Both the position numbers and the translations under genes were made by a program. The notes under the pieces were generated by a model, which was given only the letters and a program-made list of their open reading frames with translations, did not search any database and was not told the DNA's origin. A stretch of 64,000 bases of DNA from an uncultured Solirubrobacterales bacterium (GTDB lineage: Bacteria > Actinomycetota > Thermoleophilia > Solirubrobacterales > Thermoleophilaceae), in assembly GCA_963825535.1 (NCBI GenBank), contig CAWGTP010000006.1, positions 183,507 to 247,506 of the forward strand, written 5' to 3'. This document shows, piece by piece, positions 43,985-53,332 of this stretch (position 1 is the first letter of the stretch; every line of letters starts with the position of its first letter).

Positions 43985-44343
43985 AGCCGAGCGAGAAAGC
44001 TACTCCTGTACGGCCGGCTGGGTAGGAGGCGGGTCCGTTACCGCGCTGTCACGTTTGTGGCGTCGGTGTGACCAAACCGCCGCCGGTACCGGGCGCCGCC
44101 AACCGTGCGGCTCTACTTACGTACCGTGGAGGTACGTTTCCAGAGCCACACTGGCCGGGCGCGTAACGGTCGAGCGACAAACCCAACGACCACGTGACAG
44201 CGACGCCAAGCGCGGCCCCAGCGGCCGTCCGCCCACCCAGCCGCAAACACCAACCCACGGCAAGCCTCTAGGCGCAGTCGCGGCCGAGCCCACCAGCGCA
44301 CTCAACCGTTGCCGGACCGTTACCGCCGGACCTTGTCCTGTAA

Positions 44344-44508
44344 CCCCGGCCCGCCCATGCTTGGTGGTTCCTCGCCGGCTGGGATGACGAGGACGCCAGC
44401 GCCATCAAGAAGGCAATCCTCACGGCCAATGAGGAGTCCAGCAAGCCGGACTACTTCGAGCGCCTTCAGGCCCAGGCGTCAGGGACCGGCGGTAAGGCCG
44501 GTCCCTGA
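44344..44508 (+). other. coding-like open frame without a start codon (gene remnant or frameshifted small gene)
   Basis: The 54-codon frame after TAA 44341-44343 reads …AWWFLAGWDDEDASAIKKAILTANEESSKPDYFERLQAQASGTGGKAGP*. About 83% GC3 by hand count. No ATG/GTG/TTG in frame. The stop lies inside the terminator hairpin. Confidence 0.35.
44479..44508. terminator. 12-bp GC-rich hairpin, bidirectional terminator candidate downstream of hppA
   Basis: TCAGGGACCGGC-GGTAAG-GCCGGTCCCTGA, read directly. Lies about 23 nt after the hppA stop on the minus strand. Confidence 0.6.
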
Positions 44509-44530
44509 GCGCGCTAGCTGATGCTGATGC

Positions 44531-46615
44531 TCAGACCAGGAACGGGATGATCAGGATCGCCACGATGTTGGCCACCTTGATCATCGGGTTGATCGCCGGG
44601 CCGGCGGTGTCCTTGTAGGGGTCGCCGACGGTGTCGCCCGTGATCGAGGCCTCGTGCGCCTCGGAGCCCTTGCCGCCGAACTCGCCGTCCTCGATCAGCT
44701 TCTTGGCGTTGTCCCACGCGCCGCCACCGGCGGTCATGGAGACGGCGGTGAAGAAGCCGACGATGATCACGCCGATCAGCAGGCCGCCGAGCGCCTGGTA
44801 GGACAGCAGGCCGACGACGACGGTGATCACGATCGGGATCAGCGCGGGAAGGATCATCTCCTTCTGGGCCGCCGCGGTCACGATGGCCACCGCGCCGCGG
44901 TAGTCGGGCTCCTCGGTGCGGTCCATGATCCCCGGCTTCTCCTTGAACTGGCGCCGGACCTCGTCCACCACCAGTCCGCCCGCGCGGCCGACCGACTCGA
45001 TCGAAAGCGCGACGAACAGGAACACCATCATGCCGCCGACCAGCAGGCCAACGAGCACCTCGGGCTGCGAGATGTCGAACCCCTGGAGGGTCACGCCCTC
45101 CTTGGCCGCCTCCTCGCGCAGCTCCTCCACGAACGCTGCGAACAGCACGAGCGCGGCGAGCACGGCGGACCCGATCGCGTAGCCCTTGGTCACGGCCTTG
45201 GTGGTGTTGCCGACCGCGTCCAGCGGGTCGGTCACGTTGCGGACCTCCTCGGGCAGCTCCGCCATCTCGGCGATCCCGCCGGCGTTGTCGGTGATCGGCC
45301 CGAAGGCATCGAGGGCCACGATCAGCCCGGTCAGCGACAGCTGCGCCATGACGGCGACGCCGATGCCGTAGATGCCGGCAAGCTCGTTGGCCGCCAGGAT
45401 GCCCAGCGCCAGCACGATCGCGGGAGCGGCCGTGGACTGGAAGCCCTGCGCCAGGCCCTGGATGATGTTGGTCGCATGACCGGTCTGCGAGGCACGCGCG
45501 GTGCTCTTGACCGGGTTGAAGCGGGTGGACGTGTAGTAGTCGGTGATCACGAACAGGAACGCCGTGATGGCGATTCCGATCAGGGAGCAGAGCCAGAAGT
45601 CGAAGCCGCTGGCCACACCGCCGCCGCCGGTGATCAGCGTGGACGCGCCCTCCTTGAAGGACAGGTCGTCCATCAGCCACAGCGAGATCGGCAGGAACGC
45701 GATCGCGGCGATCACGCCCGAGACGACCAGGCCCTGGTAGAGCGCACGCTCGACGTTGCCGGTCGCGCTCTTGACGGCGAACGTGCCGATGATCGAGGCG
45801 ATGATCGACACGCCGCCGATGACCAGCGGGTAGACGCCGACGGCGCCGATGTTGTCGAAGGTCAGGACGCCAAGCAGCATCACCGCGACTGCCGTCACGG
45901 CGTAGGTCTCGAACAGGTCGGCCGCCATTCCGGCGCAGTCGCCGACGTTGTCGCCGACGTTGTCGGCGATGACCGCCGGGTTACGCGGGTCGTCCTCGGG
46001 GATGCCGGCCTCGATCTTGCCGACGACGTCGGCGCCCACGTCGGCCGCCTTGGTGAAGATGCCGCCGCCAAGCCGGGCGAACACGGAGATCAGCGAGCCA
46101 CCGAAGCCGAGGCCGACCAGCGCGTCGATGGCCTCCTTCTCCTCGGTGCCCGTCGCCAGCAGCACGCCGTAGTAGCCCGCCACGCCAAGGAGCGCGAGGC
46201 CGGCGACCAGCATGCCCGTGATGGCGCCGCCCTTGAAGGCCACCTCGAGCGCCGGGGCGACGCCGCCGCGTGCGGTCTCGGCCACGCGGCAGTTGGCCCG
46301 CACCGACACGTTCATGCCGATGAAGCCGGCCGCGCCCGAGAAGGCGCCGCCGATCACGAAGCCGACGGCAGTGCGCAGGTCGAGCGCGATCGCCAGGATG
46401 ATCGCGAGCACGATCGCGACCACGCCGATGATCTGGTACTGGCGTGTCAGGTAGGCGCTTGCGCCCTCCTGGACGGCCTTGGAGATGCGCTGCATCTCAT
46501 CGTTGCCCGGCGACTTGGCCAGAAGCCAGCGCGAGGTGGTGTATCCGTAAACGACGGCAGCACCGGCGCAGACGAGCGCGATGATGATCCCGTAGTCGGT
46601 CAGAAAGTCGGTCAA
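44531..46615 (-). CDS. hppA: membrane-bound H+-translocating pyrophosphatase, K+-independent type
   Basis: 694 aa, about 16 TM. Motifs [21 protein letters not shown] and [19 protein letters not shown] start with GGAGG 10 nt upstream. Confidence 0.93.
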   Translation of the reverse strand: MTDFLTDYGIIIALVCAGAAVVYGYTTSRWLLAKSPGNDEMQRISKAVQEGASAYLTRQYQIIGVVAIVLAIILAIALDLRTAVGFVIGGAFSGAAGFIGMNVSVRANCRVAETARGGVAPALEVAFKGGAITGMLVAGLALLGVAGYYGVLLATGTEEKEAIDALVGLGFGGSLISVFARLGGGIFTKAADVGADVVGKIEAGIPEDDPRNPAVIADNVGDNVGDCAGMAADLFETYAVTAVAVMLLGVLTFDNIGAVGVYPLVIGGVSIIASIIGTFAVKSATGNVERALYQGLVVSGVIAAIAFLPISLWLMDDLSFKEGASTLITGGGGVASGFDFWLCSLIGIAITAFLFVITDYYTSTRFNPVKSTARASQTGHATNIIQGLAQGFQSTAAPAIVLALGILAANELAGIYGIGVAVMAQLSLTGLIVALDAFGPITDNAGGIAEMAELPEEVRNVTDPLDAVGNTTKAVTKGYAIGSAVLAALVLFAAFVEELREEAAKEGVTLQGFDISQPEVLVGLLVGGMMVFLFVALSIESVGRAGGLVVDEVRRQFKEKPGIMDRTEEPDYRGAVAIVTAAAQKEMILPALIPIVITVVVGLLSYQALGGLLIGVIIVGFFTAVSMTAGGGAWDNAKKLIEDGEFGGKGSEAHEASITGDTVGDPYKDTAGPAINPMIKVANIVAILIIPFLV

Positions 46616-46677
46616 GGGAAGAAGCCTCCGGTTGAATCGCTGTCAGGCGGGCCCGGGGCCGCGACAGAAGTGTGCGC

Positions 46678-47517
46678 CTAGTGGACGATCGCGCTGGACA
46701 GAGCCGTGGCGCAGGAATCGTCCGGCTGAGGCCCCACCGTCGGCACCGCCCGGAACAAAAGCGCGCGCAGCTTATCGAGGTTGTCGGAAAAAACGCGGAA
46801 CGCCTCCTCCGCCGACACCGGCGGGACCTCCGGCATGCCCTCCAGACCGGCGTCGTAGTCGGTCACGAGCGAGACATTGGCGTAGCAGAGCTCCAGCTCC
46901 CGGGCCAGCCACGCCTCCGGGTACTGCGTCATGTTCACCACATCCCAGCCGGCCTGGGCGAACCAGCGCGACTCGGCCCGGGTCGAGAAGCGCGGGCCGG
47001 CGATGACCACCACGGTCCCGCCGTCCACGACCGGGATCTCCAGCTCGCGCGCAGCCGCGAGCAGCCTGGCGCGGAGGTCGTGGCAGTACGGGTCGGCGGC
47101 CGACACATGGGTAGTCGCGGGCCCGTCGTAGAAGGTGTCGGCGCGGCCGCGGGTGCGGTCCACGTACTGGTCACAGACCACGAAGGTGCCCGGCGCCAGC
47201 TCCGGCTTGAGCGCGCCACAGGCGCTCGGCCCGATGATCCGCCGGACCCCCGCCTCCTTCATCGCCCACAGGTTGGCGCGGTAGTTGATCCGGTGCGGGG
47301 GCAGCGAGTGGGCGTCGCCGTGACGGGGCATGAACGCCACCGGCGTGCCGTCGATCTCGCCCATCCGCAGCGACGCCGACGGCGCGCCGTAGGGCGTCTC
47401 GAGCTCGACCTCCTCGACGTCGTCCAACAGCGAGTAGAAGCCGCTGCCGCCGAAGATGCCTACGGCTTCGCGGCCATCCCTGGCCGCTGCGCGGGCAGCT
47501 ACTGGCCGGGTGTCCAA
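46678..47517 (-). CDS. mtnP: S-methyl-5'-thioadenosine phosphorylase (MTAP/PNP family)
   Basis: GIFGGSGFY, FMPRHG, HRINYRANLWAMK, GPRFSTRAES and NMTQYPE. TTG start at 47517 overlaps the upstream gene by 19 nt. Confidence 0.88.
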   Translation of the reverse strand: MDTRPVAARAAARDGREAVGIFGGSGFYSLLDDVEEVELETPYGAPSASLRMGEIDGTPVAFMPRHGDAHSLPPHRINYRANLWAMKEAGVRRIIGPSACGALKPELAPGTFVVCDQYVDRTRGRADTFYDGPATTHVSAADPYCHDLRARLLAAARELEIPVVDGGTVVVIAGPRFSTRAESRWFAQAGWDVVNMTQYPEAWLARELELCYANVSLVTDYDAGLEGMPEVPPVSAEEAFRVFSDNLDKLRALLFRAVPTVGPQPDDSCATALSSAIVH

Positions 47518-47918
47518 ATCTTCGATCGCGCCTTAGCGCGCTCTGCATCTTCCCCCGCGGCGGGCTGCTGCTCGGGCTCGGACGCCGGCGCCTGCGCTTC
47601 GCCGCCGGGCGCGCCGGCCAGCCGCGAGTAGGCCATCTGGAGCTGCGACAGCGCCTGCTTGATCGGCTCCGCCTGGTCCTCGGGGCACAGCGGCGCCAGC
47701 GCCATCGCGCCGTCGATGGCCAGCTTTGCCTGCTGGAGATCGACATCGCCGGAGGCGTCCTGCCCGGGCTCGGCGGCCAGGCCGACGCGGCGGCCGGCCA
47801 GGTTGATCAGCGTGGCGGTGGTCTGCAGCACCACGTCCTCCACCCGGATGTTGCGCATCTGCTCCTCGAGCGCGGCGCGCATCTCCTCCTCGGTGGGCTC
47901 GCGTCCTTCTGCGCTCAT
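47499..47918 (-). CDS. conserved hypothetical protein, DUF1844-like
   Basis: 139 aa with an acidic N-terminus. VEDVVLQTTATLINLAGRRVGL…DLQQAKLAIDGAMAL…LSQLQMAY resembles DUF1844 as I recall it. Confidence 0.55.
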   Translation of the reverse strand: MSAEGREPTEEEMRAALEEQMRNIRVEDVVLQTTATLINLAGRRVGLAAEPGQDASGDVDLQQAKLAIDGAMALAPLCPEDQAEPIKQALSQLQMAYSRLAGAPGGEAQAPASEPEQQPAAGEDAERAKARSKIWTPGQ

Positions 47919-47957
47919 CGGCTTGAGATGGGGAATCGAATCGACATCGTGTCGATC

Positions 47958-49121
47958 CTACCTCCGGGTCGCTGGCTCTGGCACCGATTCTCCGCCTGCG
48001 TAGGTGCGGCCCGCGTGGGCGACCTCCGCAGCGAAGACCTCGGGCATGGTCGCACCATCGGTCAGCGCGGCTCGCTGGCGCTGCGCGCCGTTGACCTCGG
48101 GCACGGCCAGTTCGAGCTTGAGCTGGGCGCGCGCGGGCGCGGTCCACGCCATCAGCCGGTCGCCGATCGCGGCGGCCGGGAACTCCTCGAGCCGCTCGGT
48201 GTCGATCATCCGCCCGTCAAGGCCGCAGCGGATGGCGCGCCAGAAGTTCTCCTCGATCAGTCGCCCGGGCGGATCGGCGAACTCGACGCCGGCATCGTGG
48301 TCCGCGGCCGCCTGGGCCACGCACGCCACGATCAGGCCGGCGAGCGCGGTGGACTCGTCGGCGCCGGCCTGGGAATCGCAGATCCTGACCTCGACGGTGC
48401 CGAACGAGTGGTGCGGGCGCACGCTCCACCAGAGCTGGGTGTGCTCGACGATCGAGTTGGTGCGCACCAGCAGGTCCACGTAATCGGCCCACGCCGACCA
48501 GCTGCCGAACGGCTCTGGCACCCCGCAGCGCGGGAAGCTCTTGGTGAAGATCTGCGAGCGCACGGAGTGCAGGCCGGAATCGCGCCCGTCGAGGAAGATC
48601 GAGTTGGCCGACACGGCAAGCAGCTCGGGCAGGATCGGCCGCAAGCGGTCGCAGACGGCGATCGCGCGGTCGGCGCCGTTGACGCCCACATGCACGTGCA
48701 GGCTGAAGGTGTTGTTACGCCAGGCCACGTACTTCAGGCCTTCCTCGACCCGGTGGTAGTGCTCCGTGTCGATCACCGTCTGGTCCTGCCACGCGCTCCA
48801 CGGGTGCGTGGCGGTGGCCGACAAGATCGCGTCCTGGCGCGCGGCCAGGGCGAACAGGCGGGCGCGGTGCTCGCGCTGACGCGCGATCGCGTCGGCGAAG
48901 TCGGCGCCGCGGCCGGATGTGATCTCGATCTCGGACTCGATCAGCTCGCCGGCCACCGACTCGGCCAGCAGCGGGTCGGACCGCGCCGCGTCACGCAGCT
49001 CCACGAACCGGGGGACCAGCTCGCGACTGTCCGGATCGAGGATGCCGAACTCCTCCTCGATGCCGACGGTGAAGTCCTCGGAGGCCTCGAAGATCTCCCG
49101 GGCTCGCGTCATGTCCAGCAT
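47958..49121 (-). CDS. ybdK: carboxylate-amine ligase, glutamate-cysteine ligase family 2 (YbdK-like)
   Basis: 387 aa with FTVGIEEEFGILD, SLHVHVGV and TQLWWSVRPH, typical of GCS2. Confidence 0.85.
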   Translation of the reverse strand: MLDMTRAREIFEASEDFTVGIEEEFGILDPDSRELVPRFVELRDAARSDPLLAESVAGELIESEIEITSGRGADFADAIARQREHRARLFALAARQDAILSATATHPWSAWQDQTVIDTEHYHRVEEGLKYVAWRNNTFSLHVHVGVNGADRAIAVCDRLRPILPELLAVSANSIFLDGRDSGLHSVRSQIFTKSFPRCGVPEPFGSWSAWADYVDLLVRTNSIVEHTQLWWSVRPHHSFGTVEVRICDSQAGADESTALAGLIVACVAQAAADHDAGVEFADPPGRLIEENFWRAIRCGLDGRMIDTERLEEFPAAAIGDRLMAWTAPARAQLKLELAVPEVNGAQRQRAALTDGATMPEVFAAEVAHAGRTYAGGESVPEPATRR

Positions 49122-49124
49122 TGG

Positions 49125-49796
49125 TCAGGCCAGGTAGAAGTAGAGCGCGTACAGCAGGTCCACGGCGGGCGAGGAGGCGTGCACGGTGACCTCGGGCGGC
49201 ACCTGGAGCAGTGCCTCGGAGTAGTTGAAGATGATCTTCACCCCGGCCTGCACCAGCTCGTCGGCAACCTGTTGGGCGGCCGCGGTGGGCACGGCGATCA
49301 CGCCGACCACGATCTCCTCCTCCTGCACCACGAGCGCCAGGTCGCTCGCCGAGCGGACGGTCAGGCCCTCGCCGACCGCGGTGCCGATCTTTGCCGGATC
49401 GGTGTCGAACAAGGCCACGACGCGAAAACCGTGGTCGGCAAAGATGCTCGAGCCGGCGATCGCCTGGCCCAGGTGGCCGGCGCCGAACAGGGCGATGTTG
49501 TGCTGGCCGCTGGTGCGCAGGATCTTGCGGATCTGCGAGACCAGCGAGTCCACGTTGTAGCCCACCCCGCGCTTGCCGAACTTGCCGAACCCGGACAGGT
49601 CACGCCGGATCTGGGTGGAGTTGACGTGGGTGTAGTCGGCCAGCTCCTGGGAGGAGATCGTGTCCTTGCCCATCTTCTTGGCCTGGGTCAGCACCTGGAG
49701 GTAGCGCGAAAGGCGCGCGGCGACGCCGATCGACAAACGCTCGCCCGCCGGAGGCGGGACGGCAGGGGCACCCGCCATGGGCTCGCGAAAGCTCAC
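49125..49796 (-). CDS. rex: redox-sensing transcriptional repressor Rex
   Basis: Winged-helix part (RLSRYLQVL…ISSQELA…STQIRRDLSGFGKFGKRGVGY) plus Rossmann GAGHLGQA. GTG 49796 forms a GTGA overlap with the upstream gene; ATG 49778 is an alternative start. Confidence 0.9.
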   Translation of the reverse strand: MSFREPMAGAPAVPPPAGERLSIGVAARLSRYLQVLTQAKKMGKDTISSQELADYTHVNSTQIRRDLSGFGKFGKRGVGYNVDSLVSQIRKILRTSGQHNIALFGAGHLGQAIAGSSIFADHGFRVVALFDTDPAKIGTAVGEGLTVRSASDLALVVQEEEIVVGVIAVPTAAAQQVADELVQAGVKIIFNYSEALLQVPPEVTVHASSPAVDLLYALYFYLA

Positions 49797-50035
49797 GGCC
49801 CCACTCTACCGAGCGCCGAACGCACCGAACCGGCGTCGAAGCCCAGCTCCAGCACGTCGCGGCCGTCGAGCGCCAGGACAGGGACGCGCTCGCCGTACTC
49901 GCGGTTCAGCCGCGGATCGAGGGAAACATCGAGCACCTCGAGCTCGAACCACTCCTCGTCCCTGACGGCGAGCAGCTCCCCGTAGGCCTCCTCGCACAGG
50001 TGGCAGCCGGCCCTGCCGTAGAAGGTGGCCCTCAC
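49793..50035 (-). CDS. glutaredoxin-like small protein (DUF836-type)
   Basis: 80 aa from GTG 50035 (GTGA overlap with the tsaD stop). TFYGRAGCHLCEEA…GERVPVL. Confidence 0.7.
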   Translation of the reverse strand: MRATFYGRAGCHLCEEAYGELLAVRDEEWFELEVLDVSLDPRLNREYGERVPVLALDGRDVLELGFDAGSVRSALGRVGP

Positions 50036-51027
50036 GCCACAAGCCTGGCCGCGGCGTCCAGCGCCAGGTAATCCGGGTACTGGACTGGCTCGGAGAACCG
50101 GGCCGCGGCGGCGATCATCGCCGCGTTGTCGGTGCACAGCTCGCGCGCCGGGATCCACACGCGCACACCCATCTCCGCGGCGCGCTCGGCCAGCGTCGAG
50201 CGCAGCTCGCTGTTGGCCGCCACGCCGCCGCCGATGGCCAGCCGCGCCGTGCGCTCGCGGCCGACCGCCTGGGCGGTCCGTGCCACCAGGGCGGTCACGA
50301 TCGCCCGCTGGTAGGAAGCGGCCAGGTCGGCCCGCCGTTCCCGCGCCTGCTCCTCCCCGATGTCGCGGATCGCGTACAGCAGCGCCGTCTTGACGCCGCT
50401 GAAGCTGAAATCGAGCCCGTCCCCTGGCGCGGACCGGGGGAAGTCGAACGCGTCCGGGTCGCCCTGCCGGGCCAGCCGGTCGAGCTCCGGGCCGCCGGGG
50501 TAGTCAAGGCCAAGTAGCCGCGCACCCTTGTCGAACGCCTCGCCGGCCGCGTCGTCCAGCGTCCGGCCGATCACCTCGTATGCGCCCGGCTCGTCCACGC
50601 GCGCCAGGAACGTGTGCCCGCCGCTGGCCACGAGGCACAGGTAGGGCGCCTCGATCGGGTCGTCGCCGAGCGTGCTGGCCACCACGTGGCCGTGCAGGTG
50701 GTCGACGGCCGCGAGCGGCAGCCGGCGCGCGGCGGCGAGCGCCTTCGCCGAGGCCACGCCGACCAGCAGCGCGCCGATCAGGCCCGGACCGCGGGTCACG
50801 GCCACGCGCTCGATGTCGTCGAGCGTCACGCCCGCCTTCTCGAGCGCGTCGGCGGTCACGGCGTCGATCAGCTCCAGGTGGTGGCGCGAGGCCAGCTCGG
50901 GCACCACGCCGCCATAGCGGGCGTGCAGCAGCCCCTGGGATGAGATCACATTCGACGCGATCGACCCGCCCGCCGACACCACCGCCGCGCAGGTGTCGTC
51001 GCAGCTGGTCTCGAGCGCCAGGATCAC
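50032..51027 (-). CDS. tsaD: tRNA N6-adenosine threonylcarbamoyltransferase TsaD
   Basis: [40 protein letters not shown] overlap with the rimI stop. Confidence 0.93.
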   Translation of the reverse strand: MILALETSCDDTCAAVVSAGGSIASNVISSQGLLHARYGGVVPELASRHHLELIDAVTADALEKAGVTLDDIERVAVTRGPGLIGALLVGVASAKALAAARRLPLAAVDHLHGHVVASTLGDDPIEAPYLCLVASGGHTFLARVDEPGAYEVIGRTLDDAAGEAFDKGARLLGLDYPGGPELDRLARQGDPDAFDFPRSAPGDGLDFSFSGVKTALLYAIRDIGEEQARERRADLAASYQRAIVTALVARTAQAVGRERTARLAIGGGVAANSELRSTLAERAAEMGVRVWIPARELCTDNAAMIAAAARFSEPVQYPDYLALDAAARLVA

Positions 51028-51521
51028 GCCCGCGCGGCGCGCGCCGCGGCGGGGGCGTCGCCGCCGTTGGCGGCGACCTCGGCGGTGCGCCACATGATCA
51101 CGGCGTCCTCGCGGTTGTCGTGGTAGTAGCCACGACGGCGGCCGGCGTCGCGGAACCCGAACTGCTCGTAGAGCCGGATCGCATCTGTGTTCGACGCGCG
51201 CACCTCCAGCGTGTACTGCTCGCCGGGCGCGTCGGCCTCGGCCAGTAGATGCTCGATCAGCGCGGTCGCGAGCCCCTCGCGGCGCAGGCGGTCGTCCACC
51301 GCAACGTTCATCACGTGCCAGATCGTGTCGTAGCGCGAGCAGATCAGGTAGGCGACCAGCCGCTCACCGCGGGTGGCGGCAAGGCAGATGCCCGACGCCT
51401 TCGACAGCTCGAGCACGAACATCGCGAGCGACCACGGCGTGGTGAACGCTCGCCGCTCGATCGCGATGACCTGGGGCAGGTCCGCATAGGTCAGGCGGCG
51501 GATCTCGGTTTGCTCGCTCAC
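51024..51521 (-). CDS. rimI: ribosomal-protein-alanine N-acetyltransferase RimI (GNAT)
   Basis: 165 aa. [11 protein letters not shown] and a GNAT core ([21 protein letters not shown]…[19 protein letters not shown]). Conserved position between tsaB and tsaD. Confidence 0.85.
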   Translation of the reverse strand: MSEQTEIRRLTYADLPQVIAIERRAFTTPWSLAMFVLELSKASGICLAATRGERLVAYLICSRYDTIWHVMNVAVDDRLRREGLATALIEHLLAEADAPGEQYTLEVRASNTDAIRLYEQFGFRDAGRRRGYYHDNREDAVIMWRTAEVAANGGDAPAAARAARA

Positions 51522-52183
51522 GGTGCTTGGACGTCGGGTTGGCGCAGGTAGCGCGGGAGGACGGCCTCGGCAGGCGTGGCCGGTGTGCCGAGCGCCAGCC
51601 GGCAGATCGCCACCGCGCTTGGCACGTGGGCCTGCTGGTCGGCCGGGACGACTCGCACGCCGCCCGCCTCGAGGGCGTCTGCCCATCGTAACGACCCGTT
51701 CCCCGCAGCAAGCGGTGTCAGACCCCCTTGGTGCAGGCGTTCGGCGATCGCCTCGGGTGTGGCCGCGAACGGCGCCCAGCGCTCGTGGTCGCCCTCGTAG
51801 AGGGCGGCGAACAGCTCGCCGCGGCCGGCGTCGATCAACGGCAGCGACAGCGGCGCGGCGATGCCTGCCGTCAGCGCAGCCAGCGAGGACACCGCGCGCA
51901 GCTCCAGATCGTGCGCCGCGGCCAGCGCGCGCGCGGTCGCCACACCGATCCGCAGGCCGGTGAACGCGCCCGGCCCGACCCCCACCGCCACCGCATCCAG
52001 GTCGCCCCAGTCCAGCCCGGCGTCTGACAGTGCGGCGACGGCGCGCGGCAGCAGCTCGGCCGAATGCGCCGGTCGGCCGCCCAGCTCCGCCGGCTTGGGG
52101 TCGTGCGCGAAGGCCTCGCCGTCGGCCCGGAGCACGGCCGCGGCGCTGGCCGGGGTCGATGTGTCCAGGCCCAGCAGGTTCAC
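51518..52183 (-). CDS. tsaB: tRNA threonylcarbamoyladenosine biosynthesis protein TsaB
   Basis: 221 aa from GTG 52183 ([18 protein letters not shown]…[21 protein letters not shown]). GTGA overlap with the corrected tsaE stop. Confidence 0.88.
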   Translation of the reverse strand: MNLLGLDTSTPASAAAVLRADGEAFAHDPKPAELGGRPAHSAELLPRAVAALSDAGLDWGDLDAVAVGVGPGAFTGLRIGVATARALAAAHDLELRAVSSLAALTAGIAAPLSLPLIDAGRGELFAALYEGDHERWAPFAATPEAIAERLHQGGLTPLAAGNGSLRWADALEAGGVRVVPADQQAHVPSAVAICRLALGTPATPAEAVLPRYLRQPDVQAP

Positions 52184-52588
52184 GCGATCACCACCGTCCG
52201 CCGGTCGCCGCCGGCGTGCTCGAGCCGAACCCGGGCGGCCACACGCGCCACCGCCGCCTCGCCGACCGCGGGCCACTCCACGAACCCGATCCGCTCCGGG
52301 GTCAGGTAGTCGGCCAGCAGCTGCGGGATCCTCACCCTCCAGCGTGGCCAGCCGGTACAGGTCGAGGTGGGCCACCTCCACGCGCCCGGCAAGCACGTGG
52401 CCGATCGTGAACGTCGGGCTGGTCACAGGGCCCTCGACCCCGAGCGCGCGCGCGGCGCCGCGCACGAACGTGGTCTTGCCCGCACCGAGGTCGCCGCTGA
52501 CGAGCACCACGTCGCCGGGCTCGAGCCGGGCCGCAAGCGCGGCACCCAGCGCCTCGGTCTCCGCGGCGGATGTGGACTCGTGTGTCAC
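52180..52588 (-). pseudogene. tsaE: tRNA t6A ATPase TsaE, disrupted by a 1-nt insertion in a C3 run (as sequenced)
   Basis: The N-part (…[17 protein letters not shown]…SPTFTIGH…HLDLYRL…EGEDP) and the C-part ([18 protein letters not shown]…[16 protein letters not shown]) are one base out of register. The junction is at GGG 52325-52327 (+ strand). Confidence 0.8.
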
Positions 52589-52620
52589 GGGAAGAGTGTG
52601 ACCAGGGCGACGATCCGAGC

Positions 52621-52646
52621 CTCGGGTAGTCCATGGACTACCCGAG
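52621..52646. terminator. perfect 26-nt palindrome CTCGGGTAGTCCATGGACTACCCGAG
   Basis: Read directly. Lies between the udg stop (52658) and the tsaE start (52588). Could be the udg terminator and/or an operator for the t6A operon. Confidence 0.5.
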
Positions 52647-52657
52647 AGTCGAATCGA

Positions 52658-53305
52658 TCAGCCGAACAGGCCGAGCTGGTCGTCGGCGTGGGCCGCCTCC
52701 GGCGCCGGCTCCTGCTCGACCGGCTCGGCCAGCAGCGCCGGTAGCTTGGCGAAGTCCTCGCGCAGCTGCTGCTTGACGCTCGGCGTGCGCAACCCTGCCG
52801 CCGGGTGGAAGATCGGGAACAGCTGCACCGTACGCGCACCGAGCCGGCGCTCCTGCGGCTGGCCGTGGACGCGCGTGATCCCCTGCGGCGATCCGGTCAG
52901 CAGCTTGGTGGCGAAGTTGCCAAGCGTGCAGATCACGCGCGGCTCGATCAGCTCCACCTGGCGCTCGAGGTACGGACGGCACGCCTCGATCTCGTCGGGC
53001 TGCGGATCGCGGTTGTCGGGCGGGCGACTCTTGAGCACGTTCGCGATGAACACGTCGTCGCGGTCCATCCCCTGCTCCTGGAGCAGCTCGTTGAGCAGCT
53101 GCCCGGCGCGGCCCACGAACGGGATCCCCTGCTGGTCCTCGTGGAAGCCGGGCGCCTCGCCGACGAACATCAGGTCGGCGTCCGCGTTGCCGGCGCCGAA
53201 AACGACCCGTGTGCGGGTCGCGTGCAACGGACACCGGGTGCACGCGCGCGCCTCCTTGTAGAGCGCGACGAGGTCCTCGCGGCGTTCGGCGGCGGGGCGG
53301 CCCAT
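52658..53305 (-). CDS. udg: uracil-DNA glycosylase, family 4
   Basis: CTRCPL, VFGAGNADADLMFVGEAPGFHEDQQGIPFVGRAG, and HPAA near the C-terminus. Confidence 0.9.
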   Translation of the reverse strand: MGRPAAERREDLVALYKEARACTRCPLHATRTRVVFGAGNADADLMFVGEAPGFHEDQQGIPFVGRAGQLLNELLQEQGMDRDDVFIANVLKSRPPDNRDPQPDEIEACRPYLERQVELIEPRVICTLGNFATKLLTGSPQGITRVHGQPQERRLGARTVQLFPIFHPAAGLRTPSVKQQLREDFAKLPALLAEPVEQEPAPEAAHADDQLGLFG

Positions 53306-53332
53306 CGCCCGCCAGCCTACGGGTTCGCGCGT

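Noticed and set aside
43985-44530. Cyclic-di-AMP (ydaO/kimA-type) riboswitch upstream of the transporter/TrkA cluster
   Set aside because: This was the obvious candidate, given what such riboswitches usually control. I could not find the conserved blocks I remember (GGGGUGAAUC-like, GUAGGG, ACCCGA…CAGCUAAC-like) on either strand. It should still be tested with a covariance model.
51518-52588. A genuine TsaE-TsaB fusion protein (356-aa ORF)
   Set aside because: The linker is low-complexity wrong-frame sequence. The conserved TsaE C-terminus is readable in the adjacent frame, and tsaB has its own GTG start overlapping that frame's stop.
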